From NCBI GenBank assembly GCA_002717485.1, contig PBDW01000007.1, positions 213,611 to 277,610 of the forward strand: DNA of 64,000 bases, written 5' to 3'. Position 1 is the stretch's first letter, and each line of letters opens with the position of its first letter. Both the position numbers and the translations under genes were made by a program. Of the stretch, positions 15,973-24,896 are shown in pieces. The DNA comes from Pelagibacteraceae bacterium. Lineage in GTDB: Bacteria > Pseudomonadota > Alphaproteobacteria > HIMB59 > GCA-002718135. The notes beneath the pieces were generated by a model that saw only the letters and a list, made by a program, of their open reading frames with translations, ran no database searches and was not told the DNA's origin.

Positions 15973-16523
15973 ATAAATTCTCTATCAATTAATTCTTCTA
16001 ATAGTGGTATCATTATTTTAGGAGCATTCATTGATGGGTAAATTTTTTGAACATCTTTGTAACTATTAATTGCTCTAAAGTAATTACCTAATTCAGTTTG
16101 AACTAAACCTTGGCCGGACAGGGCGCCGAAATGTCTATTTTCTAATTTTAAAACTTGATCGATATCATTTTGTGATTCTTGATATTTTCCTAATAAATAT
16201 AGAACAGTTGCACGTTTATTCCATGCTTCAGCCCATATTGGGTCGATTTTAATGATTTCAGAAAAAATATAGTAGGCCTTTTCTAATTTATTTTCTGACA
16301 TAAAAACAGAACCTGACATCATTAATTCAGTAAGATCTTTTTGTGACGGATGTGTGGTCCAAATGCTCCAAATTTTCATTTCAATTTTCATAGCTAATAT
16401 TGAATCATCAATAATTTTTAATTGATTAAATAGTTTATTTAACTCAGTTTCTCTTTGGTCTGCAAATGCAGTTGAAAAATATAAGATGGGTATAAAAATG
16501 AATATAAGAGATATTTTTTTCAT
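15969..16523 (-). CDS. secreted TPR-repeat protein embedded in the transporter operon
   Basis: Signal peptide (MKKISLIFIFIPILYFSTAFA). TPR-like repeats AWNKRATVLYLLGKYQESQNDIDQVLKLENRHFGALSGQG... Overlaps both flanking permease genes by 4 nt. Confidence 0.7.
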   Translation of the reverse strand: MKKISLIFIFIPILYFSTAFADQRETELNKLFNQLKIIDDSILAMKIEMKIWSIWTTHPSQKDLTELMMSGSVFMSENKLEKAYYIFSEIIKIDPIWAEAWNKRATVLYLLGKYQESQNDIDQVLKLENRHFGALSGQGLVQTELGNYFRAINSYKDVQKIYPSMNAPKIMIPLLEELIDREFI

Positions 16524-17413
16524 TTTAGATACTCTCTTTTTCTAGATAGTTTAAATCTTCTATAAACTAAAATTAAAACCAATAATAAAAAAACAGCCCC
16601 TACTCTAAATTCAGTACCTAAGATATAATCAGCAAATTCTTCAAAAACTCCCAAACCCATTCCAGAGATAGCTACTCCAGGTAAATTTCCTAAACCTGCT
16701 ATTATAACAATCATAAATGATCTCACTGTGTATGGTAATCCAACATAAGGGTGCAGAGTAAAAGTAATTGCAATTAAAGAGCCAGCAACCCCACATAAAG
16801 CTGCATTTATTCCGAAAGTGGCCGCATAGACTTTTTCAGTATCTACACCTAAAATTTTAGCTGCTCTGGCATTTTGTGCAGTAGCTCTTATAGCTCGTCC
16901 TAATTTTGATTTTTTCATATATATTATTACAAAAATTGCAAATATTATACTCACACCCGCAGCAAAGATTTTTGAATTCGGGAGAGTAACCATATAGTTG
17001 AATAAGAAAGTCGTTCCAAAGTTTGATTGAGCAACAACAACATCTGACCCAAAGATAAAATTCATTAATTGTTGCGTTAAAATACTAATTCCAAAAGTCG
17101 CTAAAATAGAAATAAATAAATCTCTATCAACAACTCTATAAATTATAGTTTTATACAAACCCCAACCAATAAAATACATAATTATTGGTGAAATAATTAC
17201 TCCATATGCCGGATGAATACCGTATAGATACATAAAATAAGCAATGTATCCACCAAGTATAACAAGCTCACCTTGTGCAATATTAATAATATTCATCACA
17301 CCCCATTGAAGTGCCATTCCATAGGCAATTAAAGCAAATAATATACCTAAAAGAATTCCATCAAGGGTTGCTTGCACCATCAATATAGGCGCTTCAAAAA
17401 TTAATAAATCCAT
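16520..17413 (-). CDS. livH: HAAT-family ABC transporter permease
   Basis: 297 aa polytopic protein in the LivH position, directly after the SBP gene and terminator. Confidence 0.8.
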   Translation of the reverse strand: MDLLIFEAPILMVQATLDGILLGILFALIAYGMALQWGVMNIINIAQGELVILGGYIAYFMYLYGIHPAYGVIISPIIMYFIGWGLYKTIIYRVVDRDLFISILATFGISILTQQLMNFIFGSDVVVAQSNFGTTFLFNYMVTLPNSKIFAAGVSIIFAIFVIIYMKKSKLGRAIRATAQNARAAKILGVDTEKVYAATFGINAALCGVAGSLIAITFTLHPYVGLPYTVRSFMIVIIAGLGNLPGVAISGMGLGVFEEFADYILGTEFRVGAVFLLLVLILVYRRFKLSRKREYLK

Positions 17414-17421
17414 TAATATAT

Positions 17422-17453
17422 AAAAAAATTGCCCCCATAAAAAATGGGGGCAA
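17422..17453 (-). terminator. strong Rho-independent hairpin between the SBP and permease genes (intra-operon attenuator)
   Basis: Minus strand: TTGCCCCCAT-ttttt-ATGGGGGCAA followed by a run of 7 T. This 10-bp GC-rich stem is the most stable hairpin I saw in the window. Confidence 0.85.
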
Positions 17454-17466
17454 AAAGATTATAAAA

Positions 17467-18702
17467 TTATCTACTAGACCAAGAAGGTATAGGATGTACT
17501 AATTCGTGTGAAGCCCATTCTGTTGGGGCCACAACTCTGTTTGCACATTCATCCCCTTCACATCTAACTTGAAACAAGACCATCGGTTTAGCTATATTTT
17601 GACCAGCATCACTAAACTTAATATTTCCATAAAAAGTTTGCATATCTGTTTCAGCTAGAGCATCACGCACTTTTTCTTTATCAAAAGAATTAGCTCTTTC
17701 AAAAGCATCTTTAAACACTAAAAGTGCAGCTGAAGATTCTGCAGCTTGATATGGCGGTGCATAATCATACATATCTGTAAAATCTTTATCATATTGAATT
17801 CCATCACCAAAAAATTCATCACTATATGTTAAAGTTTTATGCCATTGGGCAGCACAAAGAGCATATTCAGAATTTCTTCCGTGTTGCTTAGCTAATTTAG
17901 ATGCATCACAATGAGTCATAGCTAGCATAGGGACATCAACTTGCATTTCCGAAATTTGACGAATAGCAGTTAGGGCACCTTTTGAATGGCCTGATACAAC
18001 CAAAACATCAGGTTTAGTGGCTTTTACTTTTGCTAAAGTAGCGGCCATATCATTCAATTCTTTTGGCAATTTATCATCAATAGTAATTGTAGAACCAGTT
18101 CTTTCCGCAGCTTCAACTACGCCTATTCTAACGTCTTGTGAAAAAGCATCTTGTTCAAATGCCATAGCAATGTTTACAGGATTGCCTCCGTTTTTTTCTA
18201 CAGCAAGGTCAATTGCTACTTCTAGATACTGATTAGCAGCTGATAAAACAGCAAATAAATATTTATATCCTTTAGTAAACAAAGATCTTGAAGCTCCGTT
18301 AGCTTCAACCATAGGGATTTTATTTTCTTCTGTAACAGGAGCAATAGCTTTTGTTAGACCAGAACTATATGGACCAAGCATATATTGAACTCCGTCCTGT
18401 TTTATAAGTCTTTCAGCAAGTTGTGCTGCACGACTAGAGTCTGATTCATCATCATAATAAATGATGTCGAATTTATATGATTTTCCCCCTACAGTTACTC
18501 CACCCATTTCATTAATTCTTTTAACAGCCATATTATAACCATTTTTAGTATGCTCACCATTTGTTGAGTATTTACCAGTTAGAGAAACAGCGGCACCTAA
18601 TATAATAGTATCACCTTCAACTTTAGCAAAAGACGGCATAGATAAAGCAAGCGTTAAGTAGAAAATTGAAATAATAGATATTATTTTTTTCATTAAACTC
18701 AT
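17467..18702 (-). CDS. HAAT-family periplasmic substrate-binding protein (Leu/Ile/Val-binding fold)
   Basis: 411 aa with a signal peptide and a type-I periplasmic binding fold. Canonical AGGAGG Shine-Dalgarno 4 nt before the ATG. Noticeably less AT-rich than its surroundings, consistent with high expression. Confidence 0.85.
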   Translation of the reverse strand: MSLMKKIISIISIFYLTLALSMPSFAKVEGDTIILGAAVSLTGKYSTNGEHTKNGYNMAVKRINEMGGVTVGGKSYKFDIIYYDDESDSSRAAQLAERLIKQDGVQYMLGPYSSGLTKAIAPVTEENKIPMVEANGASRSLFTKGYKYLFAVLSAANQYLEVAIDLAVEKNGGNPVNIAMAFEQDAFSQDVRIGVVEAAERTGSTITIDDKLPKELNDMAATLAKVKATKPDVLVVSGHSKGALTAIRQISEMQVDVPMLAMTHCDASKLAKQHGRNSEYALCAAQWHKTLTYSDEFFGDGIQYDKDFTDMYDYAPPYQAAESSAALLVFKDAFERANSFDKEKVRDALAETDMQTFYGNIKFSDAGQNIAKPMVLFQVRCEGDECANRVVAPTEWASHELVHPIPSWSSR

Positions 18703-18802
18703 TTATCCTCCTAAATGTTAATCAAAATAATAATACTTTATTCAATATTACCAAGTAAATTATTATAAAAAAATATATAAAATACAATAAATTAGAGCTA
18801 AT

Positions 18803-19537
18803 TCAGGTCCTCATCTTTTGTATTTTATCATATGCAGCGTTTATAGAAGACATTTCTTTATTAGCTTGATCAATGAATTCAGGAGGTAAACCTTTAGCAA
18901 CAAGCTGATCTGGATGATGAGATTTAGTTAAATTTATCCACGCTTTTCTTATATCATCATCGCTATCTTCTCTGTTTACTCCTAAAACTTTATAAGGATC
19001 CATATTTTCAATTTTTTGTCGTGATTCTAGTATTCTTTCAAAAGTTTTTTGATCAAATTCAAAGATTAATGATACTGTTTTTAAAAAATCAAGTTCAGAT
19101 TTGCTGATTTTTCCATCAGCTTCAGCAATATAAAAAAGATTATTTAATAATTCTTCTAATACTATTCTGTTATTAGAAAACATAACTTTTATCTGTTTAG
19201 CGCAAGATTCAAAACCATATGCACTTTTTTTTGCTTCATTGAAAATTTTACCCACTAACTTCATTTCATTTTGTGGAATTCTAAATTTTTCTTTAAAAGC
19301 ATTTATTTCATCTTTAGTTACGACACCATCAGCTTTAGCTAATTTAGCACTAAGGATTATTATTCCTAAAGCAAATGCATTTTGATTGTTAATATTTGAA
19401 GAATCATAAAAATTACTTTTTGAACCTTGTCTTCTTTTATCAAAAGAATGACCTGCCATAGCTCCAATGATAGCACCAATAGGTCCGCCTAATGCAAATC
19501 CTGCAGTACCTCCAATAATTTTTCCCCAAATAGACAT
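18803..19537 (-). CDS. djlA: DnaJ-like co-chaperone with N-terminal membrane anchor and TerB-like domain
   Basis: Gly-rich TM helix (GGTAGFALGGPIGAIIGAMAG), a central TerB-like region, and a C-terminal J domain YKVLGV...HHPD. Confidence 0.8.
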   Translation of the reverse strand: MSIWGKIIGGTAGFALGGPIGAIIGAMAGHSFDKRRQGSKSNFYDSSNINNQNAFALGIIILSAKLAKADGVVTKDEINAFKEKFRIPQNEMKLVGKIFNEAKKSAYGFESCAKQIKVMFSNNRIVLEELLNNLFYIAEADGKISKSELDFLKTVSLIFEFDQKTFERILESRQKIENMDPYKVLGVNREDSDDDIRKAWINLTKSHHPDQLVAKGLPPEFIDQANKEMSSINAAYDKIQKMRT

Positions 19538-19587
19538 AAAAATTTAATTAAATATTTTTCTATTATATAGTATATTATTAAAAATAA

Positions 19588-19905
19588 ATGAATACATTTG
19601 ATGAAAGAAAAAAAGGTTTTGAAAGTAAGTATCAAAGAGATCAGGAAGTTGAATTTAAAGTTAGAGCAAACAGAAATAAGTTATTAGCTCAATGGGCTGC
19701 TGAAATTTTAAATCCTGAAAATATAGATGAATATATAAAAGAAGTCAGAGTATCAGATCTTGAAAAACCTGGGGATGATGATATCATTGATAAATTAATA
19801 AATGATTTTGAAAAAAAATCAGTTAATATAAGCAAAGAAGAAATAATAAATAAAATAGAATTATTCGAATCTGAAGCAAGATCAATTGTATCAAAACAAA
19901 GTTAA
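19588..19905 (+). CDS. DUF1476 protein (alphaproteobacterial F1-ATPase inhibitor zeta-subunit family)
   Basis: 105 aa. N-terminal FDERKKGFESKYQRDQEVEFKVRANRNKLL is characteristic of DUF1476. Confidence 0.7.
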   Translation: MNTFDERKKGFESKYQRDQEVEFKVRANRNKLLAQWAAEILNPENIDEYIKEVRVSDLEKPGDDDIIDKLINDFEKKSVNISKEEIINKIELFESEARSIVSKQS

Positions 19906-20765
19906 GAATTTTTAATATAACCTAATTCACTCATTTCGTAATAATATTTTTTTTCAATTTCTTTAATTTGATTAGAAGTTAATATATCTTTCCAGGAATT
20001 TATTTTTGCTTTATTAAAAAACATTTTTTCATTAGAATTCTTAAATTCCTCAAAACCATAATTTTCTTCAAGCTTTTTTAATCTTTCAAATGAAGTGTTT
20101 TTCATTGAATTTGAAAATTTGATTTTATCATATTTTGTTAATCCTAGTTTTTCCAAAAAATTAATTATTTTATAAAAAGATTCATCTGTCTTTTCTTTTA
20201 AATCTTCATATTTAATAATTATTCCTGGAACTTTTTTAAACGACTTCCAAGACATATAATTAATTCCCCAATTACATAAGAAAACTGGATAAGCATCATC
20301 TTTTAATTCTGTAAATATTGGATTATTTAAAGAACCTTTTAATATTATATCTATGGATTTTTCTATGTTTTGATTAGTAAAATTACTGTATGAAACCACA
20401 ACTTCTCTTGGATCTCTTACTACATAAATAAATCCTCTTGTTAATTTTGAATTTGTGAAATGGTTTTCATTTAAAATTCCACAAAAATTATGCGTCTTTA
20501 AAAATGCAGTATTACCATTTTGAATTTTTAAATTTTTTTGTGCTTCAAGCCAATATTTTGATATATCTGAAGGATGAGATTTTACTCTATCTTTATTAAG
20601 ATATTTAGAAAAAAAATTAAATGATTCAAATTGTTGTATTTTTTTCAATGTATGAAAGTCAAAAGATCCATCTTTCGTGAACAAATATGAAGATAAAAAA
20701 CTTCTAACCCAAGTATTTCCACTTTTTAAATATGAAGCAATCCAAAAAATTTTATTATCTATCAT
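19902..20765 (-). CDS. PAPS-dependent sulfotransferase-family protein
   Basis: 5'-PSB-like motif YLKSGNTW and 3'-PB-like motif YVVRDPREVVVS. Confidence 0.75.
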   Translation of the reverse strand: MIDNKIFWIASYLKSGNTWVRSFLSSYLFTKDGSFDFHTLKKIQQFESFNFFSKYLNKDRVKSHPSDISKYWLEAQKNLKIQNGNTAFLKTHNFCGILNENHFTNSKLTRGFIYVVRDPREVVVSYSNFTNQNIEKSIDIILKGSLNNPIFTELKDDAYPVFLCNWGINYMSWKSFKKVPGIIIKYEDLKEKTDESFYKIINFLEKLGLTKYDKIKFSNSMKNTSFERLKKLEENYGFEEFKNSNEKMFFNKAKINSWKDILTSNQIKEIEKKYYYEMSELGYIKNS

Positions 20766-20785
20766 ATAATTAAAATAGAAATAAA

Positions 20786-21415
20786 TTAATGATCAGAGTA
20801 AACGTCATATATATTTTCATCAATATTGGCATTAAATGACAATGATCTTCTCTCTCCTTCGCTAAAAAATGCATTAACTGAATGAGTCATATAATTTGGA
20901 AATATATAGAAATCTCCTAGTATTGGTTTTTTACTTTTGGTCCCCATTGAAAGAAATTGTTTAGAACCATGAAAAAAATTAATATCACCATGTGTATTGC
21001 TTTTTTTAGATTCTTGAAAACTACTGCCAAAACTATCAGGTATTTTTAAATATCCTACACCTGAAATATGACCTCCATGAATATGTGGTGGGTTGTATTC
21101 ATTTTTAAATTGTCTTACAACCCAAGATGCAATTAATTCAAATTTTGTTATTTTTTTTCCAATTGAGTTTTCAATGTATGCACTAGTTAAAGCAGATAAG
21201 AAAGTTAATAAACCATCATCAATAATTTCCTTAGGAAGTTTGATTTCTTGACTTACTTGTCCTGCTAAATGCTTGCCATGATCATAATCACTTGAATTTT
21301 TATCAATTTTTTCATCAATAAAATGGTTAATTTTTGCAATTAAATCAGTTGGCATTGGTGTAATTCCTAATGGTGGTCCAAATGGTCTGATTATTTTTAA
21401 TGTAGAATTGTTCAT
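20786..21415 (-). CDS. putative 2OG-Fe(II) oxygenase (TIGR02466/2OG-FeII_Oxy_5-like)
   Basis: NPPHIHGGHISGV and FPNYMTHSV give a His...His arrangement typical of this family. Lies 20 nt upstream of the sulfotransferase on the same strand. Confidence 0.6.
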   Translation of the reverse strand: MNNSTLKIIRPFGPPLGITPMPTDLIAKINHFIDEKIDKNSSDYDHGKHLAGQVSQEIKLPKEIIDDGLLTFLSALTSAYIENSIGKKITKFELIASWVVRQFKNEYNPPHIHGGHISGVGYLKIPDSFGSSFQESKKSNTHGDINFFHGSKQFLSMGTKSKKPILGDFYIFPNYMTHSVNAFFSEGERRSLSFNANIDENIYDVYSDH

Positions 21416-21470
21416 TATAGATTAATAATTTATACCTGATAATTTAATTTGTCCAATATATAAATTTCAT

Positions 21471-23216
21471 ATGTCGAAAGAAAAATTATATTCTCTAATA
21501 ATATTCTCAGTATTGATTTTGCATATAGCAGCTAGTTATTATAGTGTTGGATGGTATAATCCTGATGAACAATCATGTGTTCTTGAATATTTACTTTATA
21601 AAATTGATAAATTCTCAGATCCATGTTTTATTTATTTAAATGATCAAAATGAAATATATGAAGGTATAAAAATTCGATCATGGTCCCAACCATTTATATA
21701 TTTTATTATAACAAAATTTTTATTTATTTTCTATAAACTAGACGGTTTTACATTAACATTTATATTAAAGTTATTTTCATCATTAATAGGTTTTCTAAGT
21801 ATGATTATATTTTTTAGATCTAGCAAGTCATATGAATTAACAAAAAGTACTGAAAAAATATATTTTTTAACTTTTTTTCTTTTTTGGTTTTATCCCTTTC
21901 TGCATTCAAGAACATCAAGTGAAAATTTAAGTATTGCTTTCTTATTTTTATCTATTTCTTTATGCATAAAAATTATGAACAATAAAAATTATCTGCTTTA
22001 TTTTTTGATGGGAATATTAATGGGCTTAACATTTATATTCAGATATCATCTAGGAATTTCAATTTTTTTTATTTTATTATGGATTCTTATTTATTCTAAA
22101 ACAAAATTTCAAATAAGAGTATTTAATTTATTTTTTACAAGTTTAGGAATTTTTTCAATAATTTTATTAGAATTATTAATAAATATATGGGGATATGGAG
22201 GCCTATTTAACTTTAATCAAATTTCATTTCCTGCCTATGGAATATTTAATTATTCATCTTCTAATAATTTTTTTAGTAATGAAATGTGGACCACGGACCC
22301 TTTTTGGAATTATTTGGAACTTTCATTGACAAAATTTTATCCGCCAATAAGTATTTTAATTATAGTATCTATGTTTTATTTTTGGGTTAAAGGAAGATAT
22401 AATTTATTAACATGGGCTACGTTACCATTTTTTATTATTCACTCACTTATTCCACATAAAGAATTAAGGTACATATTTCCAGTTTTAGCATTTTCACCTT
22501 ATTTTATTTCATTCTTTTATGAAAAATATTTGTCATACAGAGAATTAGACAAGAATAAATATATTAAATCTATAATAATATTTTTGTTTTTATTAAATAT
22601 TCTTGGATTATTCTTTGTAAGTTTTACTCCTCAGAAGCCTCAATTAAAGGTTTTAAATTATATTTATAAAAACTATGATAATATAAATGAGATATATTAT
22701 TTTAATAATTTAGATAATATTGACGAAGATTCTTTAAATCCATTTAACTTAAAAAATTTGACTACAAACTATTATTTTAGATTTACAAATATTGAATTAT
22801 TTAAGATAAATAAAAATGAAAAAATAAGATTTTTAAGTGGTTACAGTGGATTTTGTCCAAAAACTATCTGTTATGATATAGAAAGAAAATACTTTAAAAC
22901 TAATAACTTGGAATATCATTATTTTAAAAAGAATTCTTCAATACCCTCTTTAAAAATATACCTAAGAGATCCTGATAATAATGAAATTGTTGATTTTAAT
23001 AATTTAAATTTTTATATGGATTTAAATAATTTAAATTTTTATATGAATGGTAAAAAATTATATATATTAACAAAAGATTATGAAATATATAATAAATTAT
23101 TAGATGCAAAAAAGTGCTCTAAAATTATAAGCAGTTATCCCAATTTTATTTCAAAAATAAGTAAAAATAGAATTAATCAAAGATTGACAAATTATGGCTT
23201 CTTTCAATGCCTTTAA
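21471..23216 (+). CDS. GT-C fold membrane glycosyltransferase, GT22 (Alg9/Alg12/PIG-B-like mannosyltransferase) family
   Basis: 581 aa with at least 10 TM segments. N-terminal loop motif WYNPDEQ and HKELRY (aa 329-334, nt 22455-22472), which matches the HKExRF signature of Dol-P-Man-dependent alpha-mannosyltransferases. Confidence 0.7.
   Translation: MSKEKLYSLIIFSVLILHIAASYYSVGWYNPDEQSCVLEYLLYKIDKFSDPCFIYLNDQNEIYEGIKIRSWSQPFIYFIITKFLFIFYKLDGFTLTFILKLFSSLIGFLSMIIFFRSSKSYELTKSTEKIYFLTFFLFWFYPFLHSRTSSENLSIAFLFLSISLCIKIMNNKNYLLYFLMGILMGLTFIFRYHLGISIFFILLWILIYSKTKFQIRVFNLFFTSLGIFSIILLELLINIWGYGGLFNFNQISFPAYGIFNYSSSNNFFSNEMWTTDPFWNYLELSLTKFYPPISILIIVSMFYFWVKGRYNLLTWATLPFFIIHSLIPHKELRYIFPVLAFSPYFISFFYEKYLSYRELDKNKYIKSIIIFLFLLNILGLFFVSFTPQKPQLKVLNYIYKNYDNINEIYYFNNLDNIDEDSLNPFNLKNLTTNYYFRFTNIELFKINKNEKIRFLSGYSGFCPKTICYDIERKYFKTNNLEYHYFKKNSSIPSLKIYLRDPDNNEIVDFNNLNFYMDLNNLNFYMNGKKLYILTKDYEIYNKLLDAKKCSKIISSYPNFISKISKNRINQRLTNYGFFQCL
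22992..23045 (+). repeat. in-frame 27-bp tandem duplication (26/27 identical) inside the GT22 gene
   Basis: gattttaataatttaaatttttatatg / gatttaaataatttaaatttttatatg. Encodes DFNNLNFYM-DLNNLNFYM. Confidence 0.9.
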
Positions 23217-23905
23217 TATTTGTTAAATAATTTTTTATAAAAAATAATAATCACTTCAAAAAACATATAAGCAGGATCCCTAAAAATCACTAATTTACTA
23301 TTTTCACTATTTTTCCATCTAATTGGAATTTCAATAATATTTAAATTATTTATTTTTGCTAATACCAACAAATCAACATCAAAACCAAATCCATTAATGC
23401 TAAGTTTATCAACGATTTTAATAAATTTTGAACGATTTAATAATTTAAACCCACATTGAGTATCCTGAAAGGTTGTTAAACATAATATTTTTAAATAATA
23501 ATTAAATAATTTTCCCAAAAATTCTCTCAAGAAACTTTGTCTTTTTAAAATGACCGATTCCTTCAATCCTCTAGAGCCACAAATTAAATCAAATTTTTTT
23601 GTGAATTTTATAAATTTTTGAAATTGTTTTATTTCGACAGACATATCACTGTCAGAAAATAATATCCAATCTCCTTTTGAATTCTTTATACCTCTTTTTA
23701 TAGAATAGCCTTTACCATAATTTTTCTTATTTCTAAGAATTTTAATTTTTTTATTAGAAAATTTAATCTTGTTATTACTATAATCATCTATAATTATAAT
23801 TTCGTATTTTATTTTTATTTTTTTAAAATAATTCATAATCAAAGGTATATTTTTATCAATATTTTTCTGCTCATTAAAACAAGGTATAATAACTGATAAG
23901 AGCAT
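23213..23905 (-). CDS. GT2 glycosyltransferase, polyprenyl-phosphate sugar synthase-like (DPM1/ArnC type)
   Basis: 230 aa. N-terminal SVIIPCFNE, IIIDDYS, FSDSDMS (DxD), and no extra domains. Confidence 0.75.
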   Translation of the reverse strand: MLLSVIIPCFNEQKNIDKNIPLIMNYFKKIKIKYEIIIIDDYSNNKIKFSNKKIKILRNKKNYGKGYSIKRGIKNSKGDWILFSDSDMSVEIKQFQKFIKFTKKFDLICGSRGLKESVILKRQSFLREFLGKLFNYYLKILCLTTFQDTQCGFKLLNRSKFIKIVDKLSINGFGFDVDLLVLAKINNLNIIEIPIRWKNSENSKLVIFRDPAYMFFEVIIIFYKKLFNKY

Positions 23906-24847
23906 TTAATTTTCAACCATTGCTAAAAGATGTTTAATTATGCTATCTTCTAAAGCTTTAATATTATAACCACCTTCAAAAAATGATATAATTCTACCGT
24001 CGCAATAATTATTTGAAATATCTTTTATCATTTTAGTTATAGTATAAAAATCAATAGATTCTAAATTAGTACTTGCAAGAGGATCAAGACGATGACCATC
24101 AAATCCAGCAGATATCAAAATAATTTCTGGTTTAAAATTCTCAATATCAGGCAAAATATTATTTTTAAAAATATCTATAAATTCAAAAGAGGTAGTATTT
24201 GGTTTGATTGGAACATTAAAGATATTACCATTCCCTGTCTCATCTATCTTACCAGATCCAGGAAAGATATCTGTTTGATGAATTGAGGAATAAATTATAT
24301 TTTTATCATTATAAAAAATTTGTTGAGTTCCATTTCCGTGATGTATATCAAAATCTATAATAGAAATTCTTTTTATTTTGTAATTTTTTTGAAGAAATCT
24401 TGCTGTAACAGCAATATTATTTACAAAACAAAATCCATTAGCTCTAGATATTTCAGCATGATGACCTGGTGGCCTTATCGCACAAAAAAATAATTTTTCA
24501 TCATTTCTCATTATTGACTTTGCAGCAGTTATTCCAGCACCACATGATGCAAGTATTGCATTTTTACTATCAGGGCATAAAAATGTATCAGCATAAGGTT
24601 CTTCTTCTAAGCTCACTATGTTATTATTAGGTATTTTTTTAAATAAATCATTTATATAATTTTTTGGATGAACCAAATATATGTCTTCAATGGCAGCGTA
24701 ATCAGATTTTAATATTTTAATGTTTGGATGTTTTAAATTCTTAATGGAATTTAAAATACTTATAAGCCTTTCCCTTTTTTCAGGATGATTCACTCCATTA
24801 AATTTTAATAGACAATCTGGATGGGTATAAACAATTATAGTATTCAT
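23906..24847 (-). CDS. histone-deacetylase-fold amidohydrolase (acetylpolyamine/acetoin-utilisation type)
   Basis: RPPGHHA and DFDIHHGNGTQ motifs. Its stop abuts the GT2 start codon with no gap. Confidence 0.85.
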   Translation of the reverse strand: MNTIIVYTHPDCLLKFNGVNHPEKRERLISILNSIKNLKHPNIKILKSDYAAIEDIYLVHPKNYINDLFKKIPNNNIVSLEEEPYADTFLCPDSKNAILASCGAGITAAKSIMRNDEKLFFCAIRPPGHHAEISRANGFCFVNNIAVTARFLQKNYKIKRISIIDFDIHHGNGTQQIFYNDKNIIYSSIHQTDIFPGSGKIDETGNGNIFNVPIKPNTTSFEFIDIFKNNILPDIENFKPEIILISAGFDGHRLDPLASTNLESIDFYTITKMIKDISNNYCDGRIISFFEGGYNIKALEDSIIKHLLAMVEN

Positions 24848-24896
24848 TATTTCAAATGATATAATAATATATAATCAATAATTGTCATTTTTTAAT

